Of a stretch of 64,000 nucleotides of DNA, positions 63,752-64,000 are shown piece after piece. Both the position numbers and the translations under genes were made by a program. Position 1 is the first letter of the stretch. Each line of letters opens with the position of its first letter. Origin of the DNA: an uncultured delta proteobacterium (lineage in GTDB: Bacteria > Desulfobacterota > Desulfuromonadia > Geobacterales > DSM-12255); contig CAWBBV010000006.1 of NCBI GenBank assembly GCA_963787125.1, positions 192,001-256,000 on the forward strand, written 5' to 3'. The notes under the pieces were generated by a model. The model ran no database searches, was not told the origin of the DNA, and worked only from the letters and a program-made list of their open reading frames with translations.

Positions 63752-63925
63752 ATGTTCAGTTTTGAAGAGTACGTAATGTTTCAGGCACTAAGTGATTCCA
63801 TGAAAAAAGCGCTTGCAGAAAAGTTTGCAGCAAAACGAATACCTTCTGAAGAGGCCAAAATTATTAAACAGATGGGAACCTCTTATGTAGATGCATGGGC
63901 ACAAAAGCAGATTGACACTATGTAA
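63752..63925 (+). CDS. 57-aa hypothetical phage protein
   Basis: GGAGG RBS; MFSFEEYVMF...QIDTM*. Confidence 0.6.
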   Translation: MFSFEEYVMFQALSDSMKKALAEKFAAKRIPSEEAKIIKQMGTSYVDAWAQKQIDTM

Positions 63926-63926
63926 A

Positions 63927-63996
63927 CGCGAAACCGGCGGGCAACATGCCGCCGGTCTGCCGGGAATGGCCGCCCGGCACTGATGAGCGAGGCCGT
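63927..63996 (+). ncRNA. Type II hammerhead ribozyme
   Basis: CGC-GAAA-stem III (CCGGCGG/CCGCCGG)-TC-stem I (TGCCGGG/CCCGGCA)-CTGATGA-GCG; loop I ATGGCC pairs with 3' GGCCGT. Confidence 0.92.
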
Positions 63997-64000
63997 AAGG

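Larger units (their letters stand above)
51112..64000 (+). mobile_element. Mu-like transposable prophage, left portion (continues beyond window)
   Basis: TG end plus three repeats, divergent repressor/Ner, MuA, MuB, GemA-like gene. Confidence 0.85.

Overview
This 64 kb window is from a Geobacteraceae-like deltaproteobacterium, inferred from gene content (PurS-PurL fusion, small c-type cytochrome, gap-pgk-tpiA-secG-tRNA-Leu block). Housekeeping DNA alternates with four accessory zones. (1) A tandem dimer of a 1822-bp IS6-like element (8126-11777), with a third copy inside the prophage. (2) A ~17.8 kb integrase-less defence island between tRNA-Leu(GAG) and a degenerate copy of its 3' half. It holds dndA/dndE-like remnants, two TA pairs, an SBD-HNH nuclease, RhuM, HNH and BglII-like nucleases, an IS3-split PD-(D/E)XK nuclease, and an intact AT-rich operon: adenine methyltransferase, MORC-type ATPase/histidine kinase, receiver protein and metallo-beta-lactamase nuclease. 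That operon is the best candidate for a new system. (3) Two secreted DUF1566/Lcl genes whose four domain ends look like diversity-generating-retroelement variable regions, with no RT or template repeat in the window. (4) The left part of a Mu-like transposable prophage (from ~51112), containing a passenger-carrying IS21, a candidate structured RNA and a complete type II hammerhead ribozyme at the window end. Frameshifts in pgk and two other genes are probably consensus errors. All family assignments come from motif recognition, not database searches.
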